Assembly (NCBI GenBank): GCA_964187785.1
Contig: OZ076413.1
Coordinates: 48,734,001 to 48,794,000, forward strand
Direction of reading: 5' to 3'
Length of the DNA: 60,000 bases
From: Amphiscolops sp. MND2022
Lineage: Eukaryota
Positions 12,701 to 24,499 of this stretch are shown here, one piece after another. Position numbers and translations under genes: made by a program. Numbering within the stretch: the stretch's first letter is position 1; each line of letters begins with the position of its first letter. The notes under the pieces are model-generated. The model saw only the letters and a program-made list of their open reading frames with translations, did no database searches and was not told where the DNA came from.

Positions 12701-15700
12701 CAAAAGCCAGTTCCAGATTTTGAAAGTTCCAAAACTTTCAAAATATCCCAAAAGCGAGCAATATAAATGGAGAGCATCAGCAATCTCAAATGGCTGTTCC
12801 TCGGGCATGAACGATGACTACCCGATCTGGAACACTAGGTTTCAAGCCTTTTCTCAAACGAAAGGCCTCTTCGAAACTAACTGGAGATGAGCCAGCACCA
12901 ACCCGTCAAACAAGGCTTGGCAATGATCTAACTGACGAGCAACACTCTGCTCACGAAGCAGCAAAAGCAAGTACAGACGGGCGCTTGATAACATCGAGAA
13001 GAGCAAGAACACACTCTGATGCAACCTTGCAACAGTTCTCGATACAACCAGCCTGAAAGGACTCGGTGATGGTCACAAGGCTGTAAGAAAGGTTCCGAAG
13101 CAGCGAAACGGAAACAGGTGTCAGTGTGATGAGACAACTGACACGCCTAACCCTGAAAGAGGAGGAAGCACTACCCCAATACTTCATTCGGGCCCAAGAG
13201 TTGTCAACACGCCTCGTACAAGCTGTGGAACACTTGTCAGAGCCACTACTCAACGCGATGGTTCTCAACGCCCTGCCAGAACGCTATGAGCATTCAACCC
13301 TATGGAAATTTTCAATCCTGCTAGGAGTTTTGTGGAGCTGAGGACATGGCTCATCAACTACGAGGAAAGACGCCAACACCGGGAGAAGGTAGATGGCGAT
13401 GGTTCACACGTGGCGATGGTTCACACGTGGCGATGATATCCAAGGAAATCAAAGCCCGAACCCAAGTCCTCAGGTAAAAACTCCGTGCCTAAGTAAATAC
13501 AACTCCGTGCCTAAGTAAATACAACTCCGTGCCTAAGTCGAACTCAGGACAGACATGCTATTGCTGTGGCATGAAAGGACACTTAAAAAGATTGTTATCA
13601 TAAGGACAAGGCTGAGTGTACGTACTGCAAAATGAAAGGCCATTTTGAGAAAGCATGTAACAAAAACTAGAGTTTAAAGGAGCTAAGCACGGAAGCTTAG
13701 CGCCAAGTCTCAAGTCAGGAGACTCAAGTGAGGCGACAGCTAAAGATTTATTGGTAGACTCAGGAAGTATTGACCATGTAATAGTGAACAAGAATTGGTT
13801 CAAAAACATGAAAGCAATAGATGCGACTGTTACCAAGCCGGATGGCGGTGACAGGAAGGTCTTAGGAATAGAAGAAGAAGTCCTAGCTAAAGACGTGAAC
13901 GGAAAGATTAAGTTTTGAGGAATGCCCTGTTTGTGCTAACAATAAAATCAAGCAAGAGTACACAGTTCCTGAAACTCCGGTATAAAATGGTGTCGCTGAG
14001 CGATACAATCAAACCGTTGTTGAGACTACTCGAAGTCTTCTTATTGAATCAAAACTACCTAAATGCTATTGGCTAAGAGTTGTAGACACTGCAACTTATG
14101 TAAGGAACCTTGTCAAAAAGGACAAGATGGGAAAAACTCCCTATGAAAAGTTTTGAGGAAGAAATCCTAAAACAGATCATTTGAAGGTTTTTGGTTCTCT
14201 AGCGTACGTAAAAAACCAAAACCGTGAACAATCAAAATTCGACCCGAAAACACAAAAACATGCATTCCGTGGCTGCGTTGCAAGACGTTGAAACTAGGAA
14301 GTTGATACGAGCTCGAAACGTCGTGTTCAATGAAAAGAAAGTAGTCAATTTCTCTAACGAATCAAGAGAAGATGAAAATTCCGATCTTTTCGATGTTACT
14401 CCCGACGATGAAATTGAGCAAGGTTGTGTCGAAAACAAGTTAAAGTAGAAGTCGAAGAATGAGCAATCAGAAGGTGAAATCAAAAATGGAAAGTCTTCTG
14501 ATGAGGGAAATTCATCTGTTGATGAGTCAGTCAATTTCAGAGTCTCAGAATCGTACCTTTGAACCCTGAAGTAGAGGTTCAGCATGCAAGTCCGGGCCCA
14601 TCAGAACGAACAATTGAGCTGAGGCTGTCTACAATTCCTGTCCTACCGGAACGATCATCTAAACCAGTGATGTACCGCAAACATCTCGACGTAAAGCACC
14701 AAAACCAAAACATCCTAGCAGGTTACAAATAGCGGGTCAAAATTTAGAGGTTGCTATTCCCTCAAGTGAAGAAGTGCTCGTTGAAAGATGGGATAAATAT
14801 CTAGACAAGAAAGATGCTAGGAAACAAGCTAAAACTTTGAAGCGAGAAGATAGGTCGAGAAATCCACCTCAAAGATATAGAGAGGGCTACAGCCATAACA
14901 CAACGTACATTCCATAAAGATCCAAGAACATATAACGAAGCTATAAGTTCTAGTGATACAGACAAGTGGCAGGAAGCTATGCAAACTGAGCTACAGTGTC
15001 TTCAAGAAACAAAAACTTGGAACATAGTCGAGCGGCCGAGTCAGAAAAACGTGATTCCCGGAAAATGGGTTTACAAAGTGAAAACCAAAGCTGGTGGAAG
15101 CTTCGAAAAATCTAAAACTCGGTACGTAGCCAAAGTTTCAAGCAAATTGAAGGTATTGACTATTCAGACACGTTTGCTCTCACCAGTAAACCTGAAACCT
15201 TCGTAACACACTTTCCTTAGCTGCGAAAGAAAAATTTACGCTCAGACAAACGGATGTAAAGTCAGCGTACTTGCATCCAGAAAACAAGGAAGAGATTTAT
15301 CTTGAGCAACCAACAGGCTTCAAAAAACTAGAGAGCTCAGCGAAAAACATGTCTGCAAACTTAAAATATAAATCTATGGATTGAAACAAGCTGCTAACAA
15401 TTGGTACGAAGAACTAGCGAACTTTCTCAAACAACAAAATTTTACTCGCAGCAAAAACGGTTACTGCCTGTTCAGTAAACCTGAAAACAATGAAATGTTG
15501 TATGTCTTAAGTTGGGTAGATTATCTTGTGATAGCCGGTAGCATCAATGAGAGCACAGATTATCTAAAAAAACTCTTGAAGGAAAGTTCAAAAAGGACGA
15601 TCGAGGAAAACTCGAATGGTTCCTAGGCATGCAAGTATTTCAAGAAAATGACAAAGTAACTCTTGATCAGGAAAAATATATCGAGAGCGTTATAGAAAAA

Positions 15701-16460
15701 TTTGGCATGCAAGATAGCAACCATTCTAGAACGCCAGCTGAAAACAATCTCAAACTAGTTAAAGCAACTGAGAGTGAGACATAGGTAGATGAGAGATTGT
15801 ATAGAAGTTTAGTAGGGTCTCTACTATACATAGCCAAGCAAACTAGGCCAGACATAGTGTGGATAGTCAATGCGCTCTAACGATTCATCGACAAACCAAC
15901 AAACACTCATTGGCTGGCTGGCAAACGTATGTTCCGCTATCTTCAAGCAAAAAAGTCACTCAAATTGGTCTACCCGCAGGACAATGACTTTACCCTACAC
16001 GGAGAAAGCCATGCAGACATCAACAACCGGCTATTTTTTCAAGCTTGGTTTTAGTGGGGGAACAGTTAGCTGGCAAACCAAGAAGCAGCAGACTGCGGCT
16101 CACTCATACTGGGAAGCTGAGTATCAGGGTTTGGAAGCAGCTGTGCAAGAGGCAACGTTCTTGAGATCCAACCTCTGCGAGATGGGCCATCAGTAGGTGC
16201 AGGCAACACGCATTGGCGAAGACAACCATACTGGCGAACAACCCTGTGATGCACAAGCGATCGAAGCATATTGACACGAAGTATCACTTTATCCGTGAAA
16301 ATGTCGAAGACAAGGTTGTTGAACTCTATACGCCAACAGATCAATTGGCAGCCGATCTTTTGACAAAAGCAGTTCCACAAGTGAAACAGAAACAACATCG
16401 ACAATTTCTATTGAGTTAAATTCAGATTCTTCCTCCAATCTCAGAAAAATCAGAGTGGGG

Positions 16461-17108
16461 GAGGAAATCTTACGAAAACTCTTAACAAAATTCAAGAGAT
16501 AAAGACTTTAACTTATATTACTTATAGCTCAAAAGTTAGACGAAACAAACTTACCCGATGTACTCCGGAAATCTATATTGATAGAAAGTAAAGTTTGGTT
16601 CTACTTTAGTTGGTTTATTCACGGGGGTTGAACATTCAATATTGAATGTCCAATGTACTAACAAACATAACCCCTTGGGTCGTGAAACTCTCAGACGATT
16701 TTATACATTGCAGTATTACAATCTTTGAGTGACATTTCCAGTTCAATTGCCTTTCAGTGGCTCAAGAACAAGTGGAAATAAATGTTATTTCCTTCATTCG
16801 CATGTCCATCACCTTCTGATAAACATCAAGTTTGCAATTCTGACTATATATACACCCGGTGCTTCCCTCAATTTCACAACTCATGTCAAATCAAGCTCTC
16901 AATAATGGACTTTTCGAAAAAATTTCTCTTGTTCCTCTACCCTTGGTGGATAGGGTGTTTGAAGCTTAAAATCTACTTAGTCTTGGCTCGGAACAAAAAA
17001 ACCTAAAAACTCCTCGAGACCAAAAATCTCACTAGCTTATTGACTCTCTACAGTCGCCGTATAACAAACTGCTGAAGGATTGAAGTGGTTTTGTACCGGC
17101 CATCAACA
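16461..17108 (+). repeat. 3' LTR of the Copia element; terminal TGTT missing
   Basis: gaggaaatcttacg...atcaaca follows the PPT directly. Confidence 0.95.
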
Positions 17109-17388
17109 GTAATTAACAAAGACCTCCAAATTCCTTTTTCAGTAGAAACAGTGCAAAACTTTCGAAAAAATATTCAAAAACTAGACAATTTTAGACGTTT
17201 CGGCTATTTGAGATACTTGAGTTTATTTTGGTCATTACGAAAAAAGTCTAAAATTTCCACAAATACTCATCGCACGAAAATAAGTTCATGGTACTGGAAC
17301 AACTTTTATAATTTCGGTAGTCATAATGACGGTAAAACACGGCTGGGTTAGTAATTTTCCTTACACCTATGAAAACGGATCTTCATCA

Positions 17389-18179
17389 CAGTGCACAGGC
17401 AAGCTTTTCGCTGCTTTTCGTGGAATCCGGGACACGAAAATTGAGAAAAGTCGTGGAATCCAGGACAAAATTTCTCTTTGATGTTAAGCGTTTCTTGGAT
17501 TCCACGACAGTGCCTGTCCTGGATTCCACGCCAATACTGCTGCTATAATGACACTTTTGCCGCTGCTCTCTGATTGGTCCGCTCATTTTGAATAATCATT
17601 TTATATTAATTCAATTTTATATCAAAGGAAATTGTTTTGATTGACACGAAAAATCCAAGAAGTACGAATAGAGATACTCGTGACTGGTACCAAAAATGAA
17701 GCATGTCTTCAAATAATGGCAGATTGTGATGATCTGGCAGTTTGTTCAAAACGGTACTAAACTTGAAAATACAAAAATTTTGTGTGATATTGGTGTGATT
17801 GTCTGAATCATTTTGAATTAATATACGAAAAGTAGTGCATAATATTATGTTTGTTCAGTCTACCACTTGAATTTAATTAAAGAAGAGATGCCGCGTATCG
17901 CGTCAAGCATAAAGTCGTGGAATCCAGGAAATTTATGATTTCTGCAATCTGATTGGTTCATTTCGCAAAACTTACGTTTTTGTGGAATCCGGGACACTGC
18001 TGCATGCCGACAGTTCGTACAGCTAAGCATTTGTTACTGGAATCCACGACTAAATCCGTGGAATCCGGGACAAATGACGTAATTTGCAAATTTTGCACGG
18101 TTAAAGCTATGGTTGTGGAATCCGAGATATTGAACGCACTATGTTGCGCTTTGAGCAAATAAGGCTTGCCTGTGCACTC
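17389..18179. mobile_element. MITE with 15-bp TIRs, possibly Tc1/mariner-type
   Basis: agtgcacaggcaagc (17390-17404) / gcttgcctgtgcact (18164-18178); many internal gtggaatcc motifs in both orientations; TSD not cleanly preserved. Confidence 0.7.
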
Positions 18180-18960
18180 TAATGTTGTTGCGGAAATAGA
18201 GCCTTCAACAAGCCCAAAAGGTTATCCCTTTGACCCTATAAACCTTCGAACTTGTCAACGGTAATGCAAAACCAGTGAAGATAAGTGAAACCTTCCAAGT
18301 TTTGAACAAATTGTTTGGATAGATCACAAAAGAACTTTTAATCAAAAAGATTATACTCGTGATTAAAAATGACCCCTAACACTAACCCTTTTGAAGGAAT
18401 CCGTTCGCTGGATTTACAAAGGCTCTGCCTTGACTGAAAATATTCAAAAAAACTAAGCCCCACTGCTTCAGTGAATTTCAGGATTTAGAGGGAAAACACA
18501 TTTGGTCGAAATAATATAGAAAGCTTTAAAAATCAAAAATATATATGAACAGGGTAAAACTTGAACCTGACTTCTGATTTGGTAAATGGTGTAGCTAAGT
18601 AATAGGGCTACAGGAAGGAAAAGACTGTGCTGAAAAATTTTCGTTGAAGAAATGAAAACAGTCGAGGTCTAAAGAGTCAACCCGGTCATTCTTCCGACAA
18701 AAATTCAACCCCCGAAGAAAGTTTTGTGTTAGAGATACCACACTCGATGACAATTCGTTTGATGTAGGATTTTTGATATCAATTCAGCTACTTTGATGTC
18801 GGATATTAGCTTTGATGCTCAAATATTATTTCTTTTGCTCAGCCTCTTGATTACAAAAAAGTAGTTGAAAACACTAAATTAACTAAACCCAAAATCCAGT
18901 AAGTACTAGTCGACTAGAGTGACATCAAGAATTGATTGGATGGAACAAAATTTGCACTAT

Positions 18961-21900
18961 TCAGTAGATAAGTCTAAAAAATGAATCCTTGTAAGCGAAC
19001 AGTACAATGTGAGGTTGGCTTCTGGAAGTTCTAAGCAGTCTCAAATCTTGGCATATTTTTCGAATGAAAGTTTGTTTCTTAGGGTGCAGCTCACATACAT
19101 TATCCAGACTCTGTTCAAACTCAGCATCATCCGAATTGCTAAGCTCCAGATGTGCAGAAATATCAGCTACTATATTTCTTGGCAAGTCTGTCACAATTAT
19201 TTCCATCGCATTTTTGGAGAACAAGCTTTGCTTTAAAACAGTCACTTTGGACAGGGCTATACTCTCGTATCGCTTCCTCGTCGCCAACTTTTCGAATCTT
19301 TCCTCCATGATGGAGCTGACATCAATCACGGGTTGTGTCCCTGAATCCAGTTTTTTCTCCCAAGGGGTTAAGTCGCCTTTGGCAGAGCTAAGATTGACAG
19401 AACTGATTTGTTCTGCATACGTTTTGACCATATAAGAGCAGAGGTTATGTGGCTCTATCCTTTGATCAGAAGTTATGGTGCTGTGTTTTCCAACAGTGAA
19501 AAGAGGGGCAGATTTGGGGTTATCTGAGGTGAGAATGAGAACAAAGCGCATTTTGGCTTCATCGCAGTAGTTCAAGGCTTCGGTTTCTGTAGAAAATTTT
19601 TGATAAATGACTTTCACGATGACACTAGATTCAGAATCGGCTCCTGATGCAGCATGTTTAATGAACTCTGACGCCAAAACAAACTGGCTCTTAGAAGTTC
19701 CACCAACAAAGGCAAGATATACACATTTGTTATTCGACTCAGAAGGTTCTTCTCGCAATAAAGATGCAAACTTCTCAAAATCGAAAGTAACCCCCACAAA
19801 ATGATAATCAAGTTTAGACCCTGGTCTTGATAATGCATTGGCAAGTTGATTGTAAACACCCCCTAAGGCTAGAATTTTGGGTCGCTTCATACTGGAGTAG
19901 TCACATGGTATCACTTGGAAAATCAAACCAGAGTAGAGCCAGTGTCTGGAAAGCAACCTGAGATTTATACGGATTTGAATGTTTGAACAATGTGAATAAC
20001 TGATCATACTATTAATTAACGAGGAAGTTGCCTCTAGTTCCTTAACCAACTTTTTGCAAGTTCTTCCACTCTCGTTTCGCTCAGTCATGATATGTCTCAA
20101 AACCTCTTCTACTTTGGCAATCGGGAATGAAGGCAATATTTCATCTATCTTCTCAAAAATTTCACAGTTCAAGTTGTTCTCAGTGCAAAATTTGGAATGA
20201 TTTGAAGATTTTGGGTAACGTTTGTATAATTCTAAGTTACGAATGAAGTCTCCAAAAATTGAATCGGTTACTCCGTGTGACTTTAGTAAAACTTTGACCA
20301 ATGAAAAATGATTCAACTCAATGATTAAAGAAGTACAACATGAGTTGGAATCGAATTTGCTGACAGCATCAATAACCAAACTAACTACTTCCGATTCAGC
20401 TAATCTAGCGAACAAAGGGTCCACAATGAAATCAAAAATGGCTTCTGTAGTTTCCTTAGGGTGAGTCAAACTACTGGAATGGCATCGATACACTTTGCTA
20501 ATTGCATATCGCTTTTGCTGAGTTAAATTAACAGGGTTTTTGCAAACAGACCTAACGAATGGCACTCGCAAATCGTGAGGTAACATTAATGAGGTACCGT
20601 CTTCGTCTAAACAGTAAAATATTGAAAGCGCGTACTCGTAAAGAGAACTTTTAGGGAATAGGGTTGGCAAACAAGCCCTGGTAGCACCAGCCGCCTCAAA
20701 TAACTCAGTGAACAAGTTTTCAGCCTTAATGTGCTGCATCTGAAACTTCTTGAAGTCCAAATCGTATGCAAAATCAGATGCTGATGAGATTTGCGCATTT
20801 GCGAAAATCAAACCCACAACCGCTCTGTATGAAATCCAGTTTGGAGTTGAAAGACCATGTCGCAACATTTCTAAAAGCTTCGAGTCTTGCAGTTGCGGTT
20901 TGGGTAGCTTATTCCATGACAATATTTCTTTCACATTTGGTCTCTCATCCGGGTTATGCTTCAAAAGCCATTGGATAAGACTCTTTTCCAGCTCTTTAGA
21001 GTACTGGGGTGGTAACTCGCACTCAATTTTCCTGAGATTAGTCAAAACTCGTGCTCTTTCCATTGCTGTTTGAGGAAGCAAATAGGTCATCTCAAAGAAA
21101 ATGATTCCAAGGCTATAGACATCCACTTTTTGGTTGTATCCGCCTTCGGTGGTTATTCGATTGTTGATCTCAGGAGCAACATAAAACACGGTGCCCACTT
21201 TCGCGGTCAATTCTTTCTTGAACATGCAGTTCGACAAATTTTCGTCGACCGAAGAATGACTTTCGTCAGCTTCACACGTCACTGCATCTGTTTCTGCAGC
21301 ATTGGATTCCACAATTCCCACAGCCAAACCAAAATCGCCGATCTTTACATGGTCATCTGAACTTATGAAAATGTTTGACGGTTTCAGATCTCGGTGTATG
21401 AGCCCATAGCTGTGAATGTGTGACAATCCGGATAGGATTTCACGGAAGTACCTCCAATAGAGAGACGGGTCACTATGCAAGAGACCTGCTCGAATGATGT
21501 CTGACAACGTATTTCTTTCGCAATACTCCATTTGGATGTACATGACTTTTTCAATTCGCACGTTAATCTGAATAGCAATTTCGTTTTCAGCTTCAGATTT
21601 TCTGAGTTGCACATTTTTACCCGAATCACTGCCGAAAATGATATCATCATCATCGTCGTCGTCTTCTAAATCTAACCTCGGCCCATCTAAAGCATTGTCT
21701 TCATCGGAATCACTGTTCACGTCATTTATTTCATCTTGCTCTTCATCGAAAATATCAAAGGCAGAACTATCTTCCGTTCTTTTTGATGACTTGTTGTTTG
21801 TATGACTAGAGGAACTCCAGGAATAAGCACCCGAAGCAGCCGGAGGTGGAATTTCTTCCTCAAATTTTTGTGCGAAACTGAAGCTAATAGCATTAGTAGC

Positions 21901-23832
21901 CCAAGCATTTCGTATCTCTGATGAAACCTTCTTCTCTTCAGGTAACGAAAATTCAGACGTTGAAGTTTCTTCTTCGATTGGAATTTCTTTTGATTCAATC
22001 CATGAGTTAAAATAACGCACCACGTGATCGCTTTTCATTCGAGACAATGCACGAACTTCTCTTGAGAGTCTTTTCATAGTTTGTGAGGAAGTAGATTCTA
22101 ACTTGACACATTTTACGGCATAAATACTATCGTCCAACTTCTTGCGGACCTTGAAAACGGCTCCGAAACCTCCTTCGCCCAGTGGCTCTAGTTCATAAAA
22201 TTCCTCTTCATACACTGAATAGCCCCGCGTTGACGATCGCGGAAGAACCTGTTGATCAGGTCTGCAAATTAAACTGGAATGTCTAACTAAAACTGGGCTG
22301 TTATCATTCTCTTGAGGGACGCTACTTTGGCGCATGAAGCTTTCTTCCATATTAAAATCACAAACTGTGTCTGTAATGAAACGATGACTTAATAACTCAT
22401 TGACTGATAGTCTCGACTCTGGGTTTGAATCACAGCCACACTCGAAGAACTCTTTAGTGATGGGATTTATTTCATCAAACCGATCAGAAAGAAGTTCTTT
22501 GCCAATATTGCAGCAGAACAGGGCGTCGTCTTTCGGACGAGGCTCGTCTTCAATAACCAATGTTGCCGAATTCGAAGTATTGTGACCCTTGAAAACATTT
22601 TGAAGATACTCAAGCCTGGTTAAAGCATCGAATCTGCGGATGATGATGCTTTTGTCGTACGAATACTCAATATCCGACAATTTCACTTTGCCCAGATACA
22701 TTCTCTTACTGTGAAGATACTGGACTGACAACAGAAGTTGCTTCATGATCAATCTAACAGTCGACTGATCGAAATATTTCACATACTTCAATAACCGATC
22801 CAATGTAATTCCATTTGTGGCAGGTATTAAAACGTGCAGAGACGTTGTATCTTCAACTGAATTGCTCATGAATGCAACAGGTTGCTGAAAATTGGAATGT
22901 TTGAATGAGATGAGTCTTGTTTCGAAAGTGGTCGATACCTTTTTCAATTCTTTGTCCAAATATACGCTTATTGAATCCAAAGAAGCTTTCATGTATTTGT
23001 CTTCCGCCACATTTTCGTTGGCCCACAAGTTTGATGACGAAAATTTGAACGTTTCCGCAAAGTATTTAAAACCTGTTTTGACGTCAAACGTTTCAAAAGC
23101 ACCACTTCGATCAGCGCTTGGCGGCAAATAAACAGCCAATGAACTCCCGCCTCCATTTGCTTTTGTGAACTCCATAACAGACACATTGCAACTTTTACCA
23201 TTTGAGGGTGTATCTCCTTTACCATTTTCCTCAGCGAATGAAACTGTCAAGTTACTTTTCCTACGTTCATTCGCAGCATTAGGTTTGCGAGACCTGATAA
23301 TTTTTTCTATGTCCTCAATCTCTTGGTCATGCTTCGCCTTTTCCTCCTCTAGAAGACGATTTTTAAGGCAGTTCGCGTCTGCCATTTGCTGTTTGAGGGC
23401 ATCTTCTCGCATTTGCGACAAAGACGGAATTGGGGGCTTGTTATACTCATGAAGGAACTCTTTTGATGTGTGGATAAGCCCCAGAATAACTTCCTCATTG
23501 TGGCATCTATCCAGAACTTCATTCAGTTCCTTGTTCAACTTTTTCACTACTTCTTCGTCGATGCCACTGGGCTTCTCCACGACAAAAGCTGCCCTCGATT
23601 CAGGATACTGCTTGTCACATGTGATATGTAAGTAGAGTGAGCAGTAGAAGTTGGCACCATTTGTAGACTCAGTTGAGGGAGTGATGAATATTCTCAGTTC
23701 AGGGGGATGGTATACATTCCATGCCTTCTTGTGAGACCTTAGATCTTCAACTGCATCAGGGTAGATGGCCAAAATGGCATCCAATTCAGCTTCTTGGCGA
23801 TCCCGTAAACTCTGACTAACATCCAGTTTGAT
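18961..23832 (-). CDS. EIF2AK4: eIF2-alpha kinase GCN2, single 4872-nt coding exon (1623 aa); start codon lies on another exon
   Basis: RWD N-terminus (RQEAELDAILAIY, YPES), pseudokinase, kinase LGEGGFGAV/YAVK/HRDLKPSNIF/DFG/GTVFYVAPE with acidic insert, HisRS-like PHDLRVPF and KVYR; frame open up to acceptor cctatttcag| at 23833-23835. Confidence 0.95.
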   Translation of the reverse strand: MKLDVSQSLRDRQEAELDAILAIYPDAVEDLRSHKKAWNVYHPPELRIFITPSTESTNGANFYCSLYLHITCDKQYPESRAAFVVEKPSGIDEEVVKKLNKELNEVLDRCHNEEVILGLIHTSKEFLHEYNKPPIPSLSQMREDALKQQMADANCLKNRLLEEEKAKHDQEIEDIEKIIRSRKPNAANERRKSNLTVSFAEENGKGDTPSNGKSCNVSVMEFTKANGGGSSLAVYLPPSADRSGAFETFDVKTGFKYFAETFKFSSSNLWANENVAEDKYMKASLDSISVYLDKELKKVSTTFETRLISFKHSNFQQPVAFMSNSVEDTTSLHVLIPATNGITLDRLLKYVKYFDQSTVRLIMKQLLLSVQYLHSKRMYLGKVKLSDIEYSYDKSIIIRRFDALTRLEYLQNVFKGHNTSNSATLVIEDEPRPKDDALFCCNIGKELLSDRFDEINPITKEFFECGCDSNPESRLSVNELLSHRFITDTVCDFNMEESFMRQSSVPQENDNSPVLVRHSSLICRPDQQVLPRSSTRGYSVYEEEFYELEPLGEGGFGAVFKVRKKLDDSIYAVKCVKLESTSSQTMKRLSREVRALSRMKSDHVVRYFNSWIESKEIPIEEETSTSEFSLPEEKKVSSEIRNAWATNAISFSFAQKFEEEIPPPAASGAYSWSSSSHTNNKSSKRTEDSSAFDIFDEEQDEINDVNSDSDEDNALDGPRLDLEDDDDDDDIIFGSDSGKNVQLRKSEAENEIAIQINVRIEKVMYIQMEYCERNTLSDIIRAGLLHSDPSLYWRYFREILSGLSHIHSYGLIHRDLKPSNIFISSDDHVKIGDFGLAVGIVESNAAETDAVTCEADESHSSVDENLSNCMFKKELTAKVGTVFYVAPEINNRITTEGGYNQKVDVYSLGIIFFEMTYLLPQTAMERARVLTNLRKIECELPPQYSKELEKSLIQWLLKHNPDERPNVKEILSWNKLPKPQLQDSKLLEMLRHGLSTPNWISYRAVVGLIFANAQISSASDFAYDLDFKKFQMQHIKAENLFTELFEAAGATRACLPTLFPKSSLYEYALSIFYCLDEDGTSLMLPHDLRVPFVRSVCKNPVNLTQQKRYAISKVYRCHSSSLTHPKETTEAIFDFIVDPLFARLAESEVVSLVIDAVSKFDSNSCCTSLIIELNHFSLVKVLLKSHGVTDSIFGDFIRNLELYKRYPKSSNHSKFCTENNLNCEIFEKIDEILPSFPIAKVEEVLRHIMTERNESGRTCKKLVKELEATSSLINSMISYSHCSNIQIRINLRLLSRHWLYSGLIFQVIPCDYSSMKRPKILALGGVYNQLANALSRPGSKLDYHFVGVTFDFEKFASLLREEPSESNNKCVYLAFVGGTSKSQFVLASEFIKHAASGADSESSVIVKVIYQKFSTETEALNYCDEAKMRFVLILTSDNPKSAPLFTVGKHSTITSDQRIEPHNLCSYMVKTYAEQISSVNLSSAKGDLTPWEKKLDSGTQPVIDVSSIMEERFEKLATRKRYESIALSKVTVLKQSLFSKNAMEIIVTDLPRNIVADISAHLELSNSDDAEFEQSLDNVCELHPKKQTFIRKICQDLRLLRTSRSQPHIVLFAYKDSFFRLIY

Positions 23833-23847
23833 CTGAAATAGGAACCA

Positions 23848-24350
23848 TTTTTGGTCGGCGCTTCATGAAGTGAAACGCGACTATAATAAGTGGCAAGTTT
23901 TTTTTCAATCCACACGAACAGACCAAAATAATTTTACCAAAAGTTCTACAAAATTTTAAGGGGCCAAATTGTAAGATTTGGCCCAGGGAACGGAACAATA
24001 ATTGTTCCTTTTTTAGCGTAACATACAATACCGGACAAGACTAAAGGGTCCCCCTTTGATTATTTTGACACAGAGACTTTCTAAATCTTCATTTTTTTGT
24101 CTGAAATTAGTTTTCCCAATATATATCCACCAATATTTTTTTCAATACAATCCGAATTTTTGGCGATTGTTCGAAAAAAAACGTTCCCATTTGTCCAAGC
24201 ACTCCATATCCGAACTTTTGACGTTACATCATCCGTAGTAAATTGCGTTTCACTACGGAGGAAGCGGATGTTCAAGAATATTGCGCTATAACCGAATTAT
24301 GACGTTATCTCTGAAGGAAATTGCGTTTGACTAAAGCTATTCAGGTCGTC
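23848..24350 (+). repeat. Family A interspersed repeat filling the gap between GCN2 and the upstream gene
   Basis: gtcggcgcttcatgaagtgaaacgcgact and the following ~200 bp match 55214-55420; right boundary approximate. Confidence 0.75.
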
Positions 24351-24499
24351 GGTAGAAAAAAATATTCAGAAGTAAGAAAATAATTCAATTTATGCAACCA
24401 CAAACATTCTAAAGAACACTCGTTTCAAGAAACTAATGGTGATATTGATAATTTGGATTGAATCTATAGTTCGAAAATCAATTTCAACAAAGGTATTGA

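Larger units (their letters stand above)
12037..17108 (+). mobile_element. Degenerate Ty1/Copia LTR retrotransposon with both LTRs; internal deletions, stops and frameshifts
   Basis: TG...CA ends, 5-bp TSD gtaat (12032-12036 / 17109-17113), gag Zn knuckles CYCCGMKGH and CTYCKMKGHFEKAC, protease LLVDSGS, integrase NGVAER, RT GKWVYKVK and YGLKQA, RNase H SKHIDTKYHFIRE, PPT gagtggggg. Confidence 0.95.

Noticed and set aside
13395..13537. 17-bp and 22-bp tandem duplications in Copia gag
   Set aside because: Ordinary slippage in a dead element
17420..18130. CRISPR-like spaced repeats (gtggaatcc motifs); also 44370-44499
   Set aside because: Short, irregularly spaced, inside a MITE or minisatellite; eukaryotic context and no cas genes
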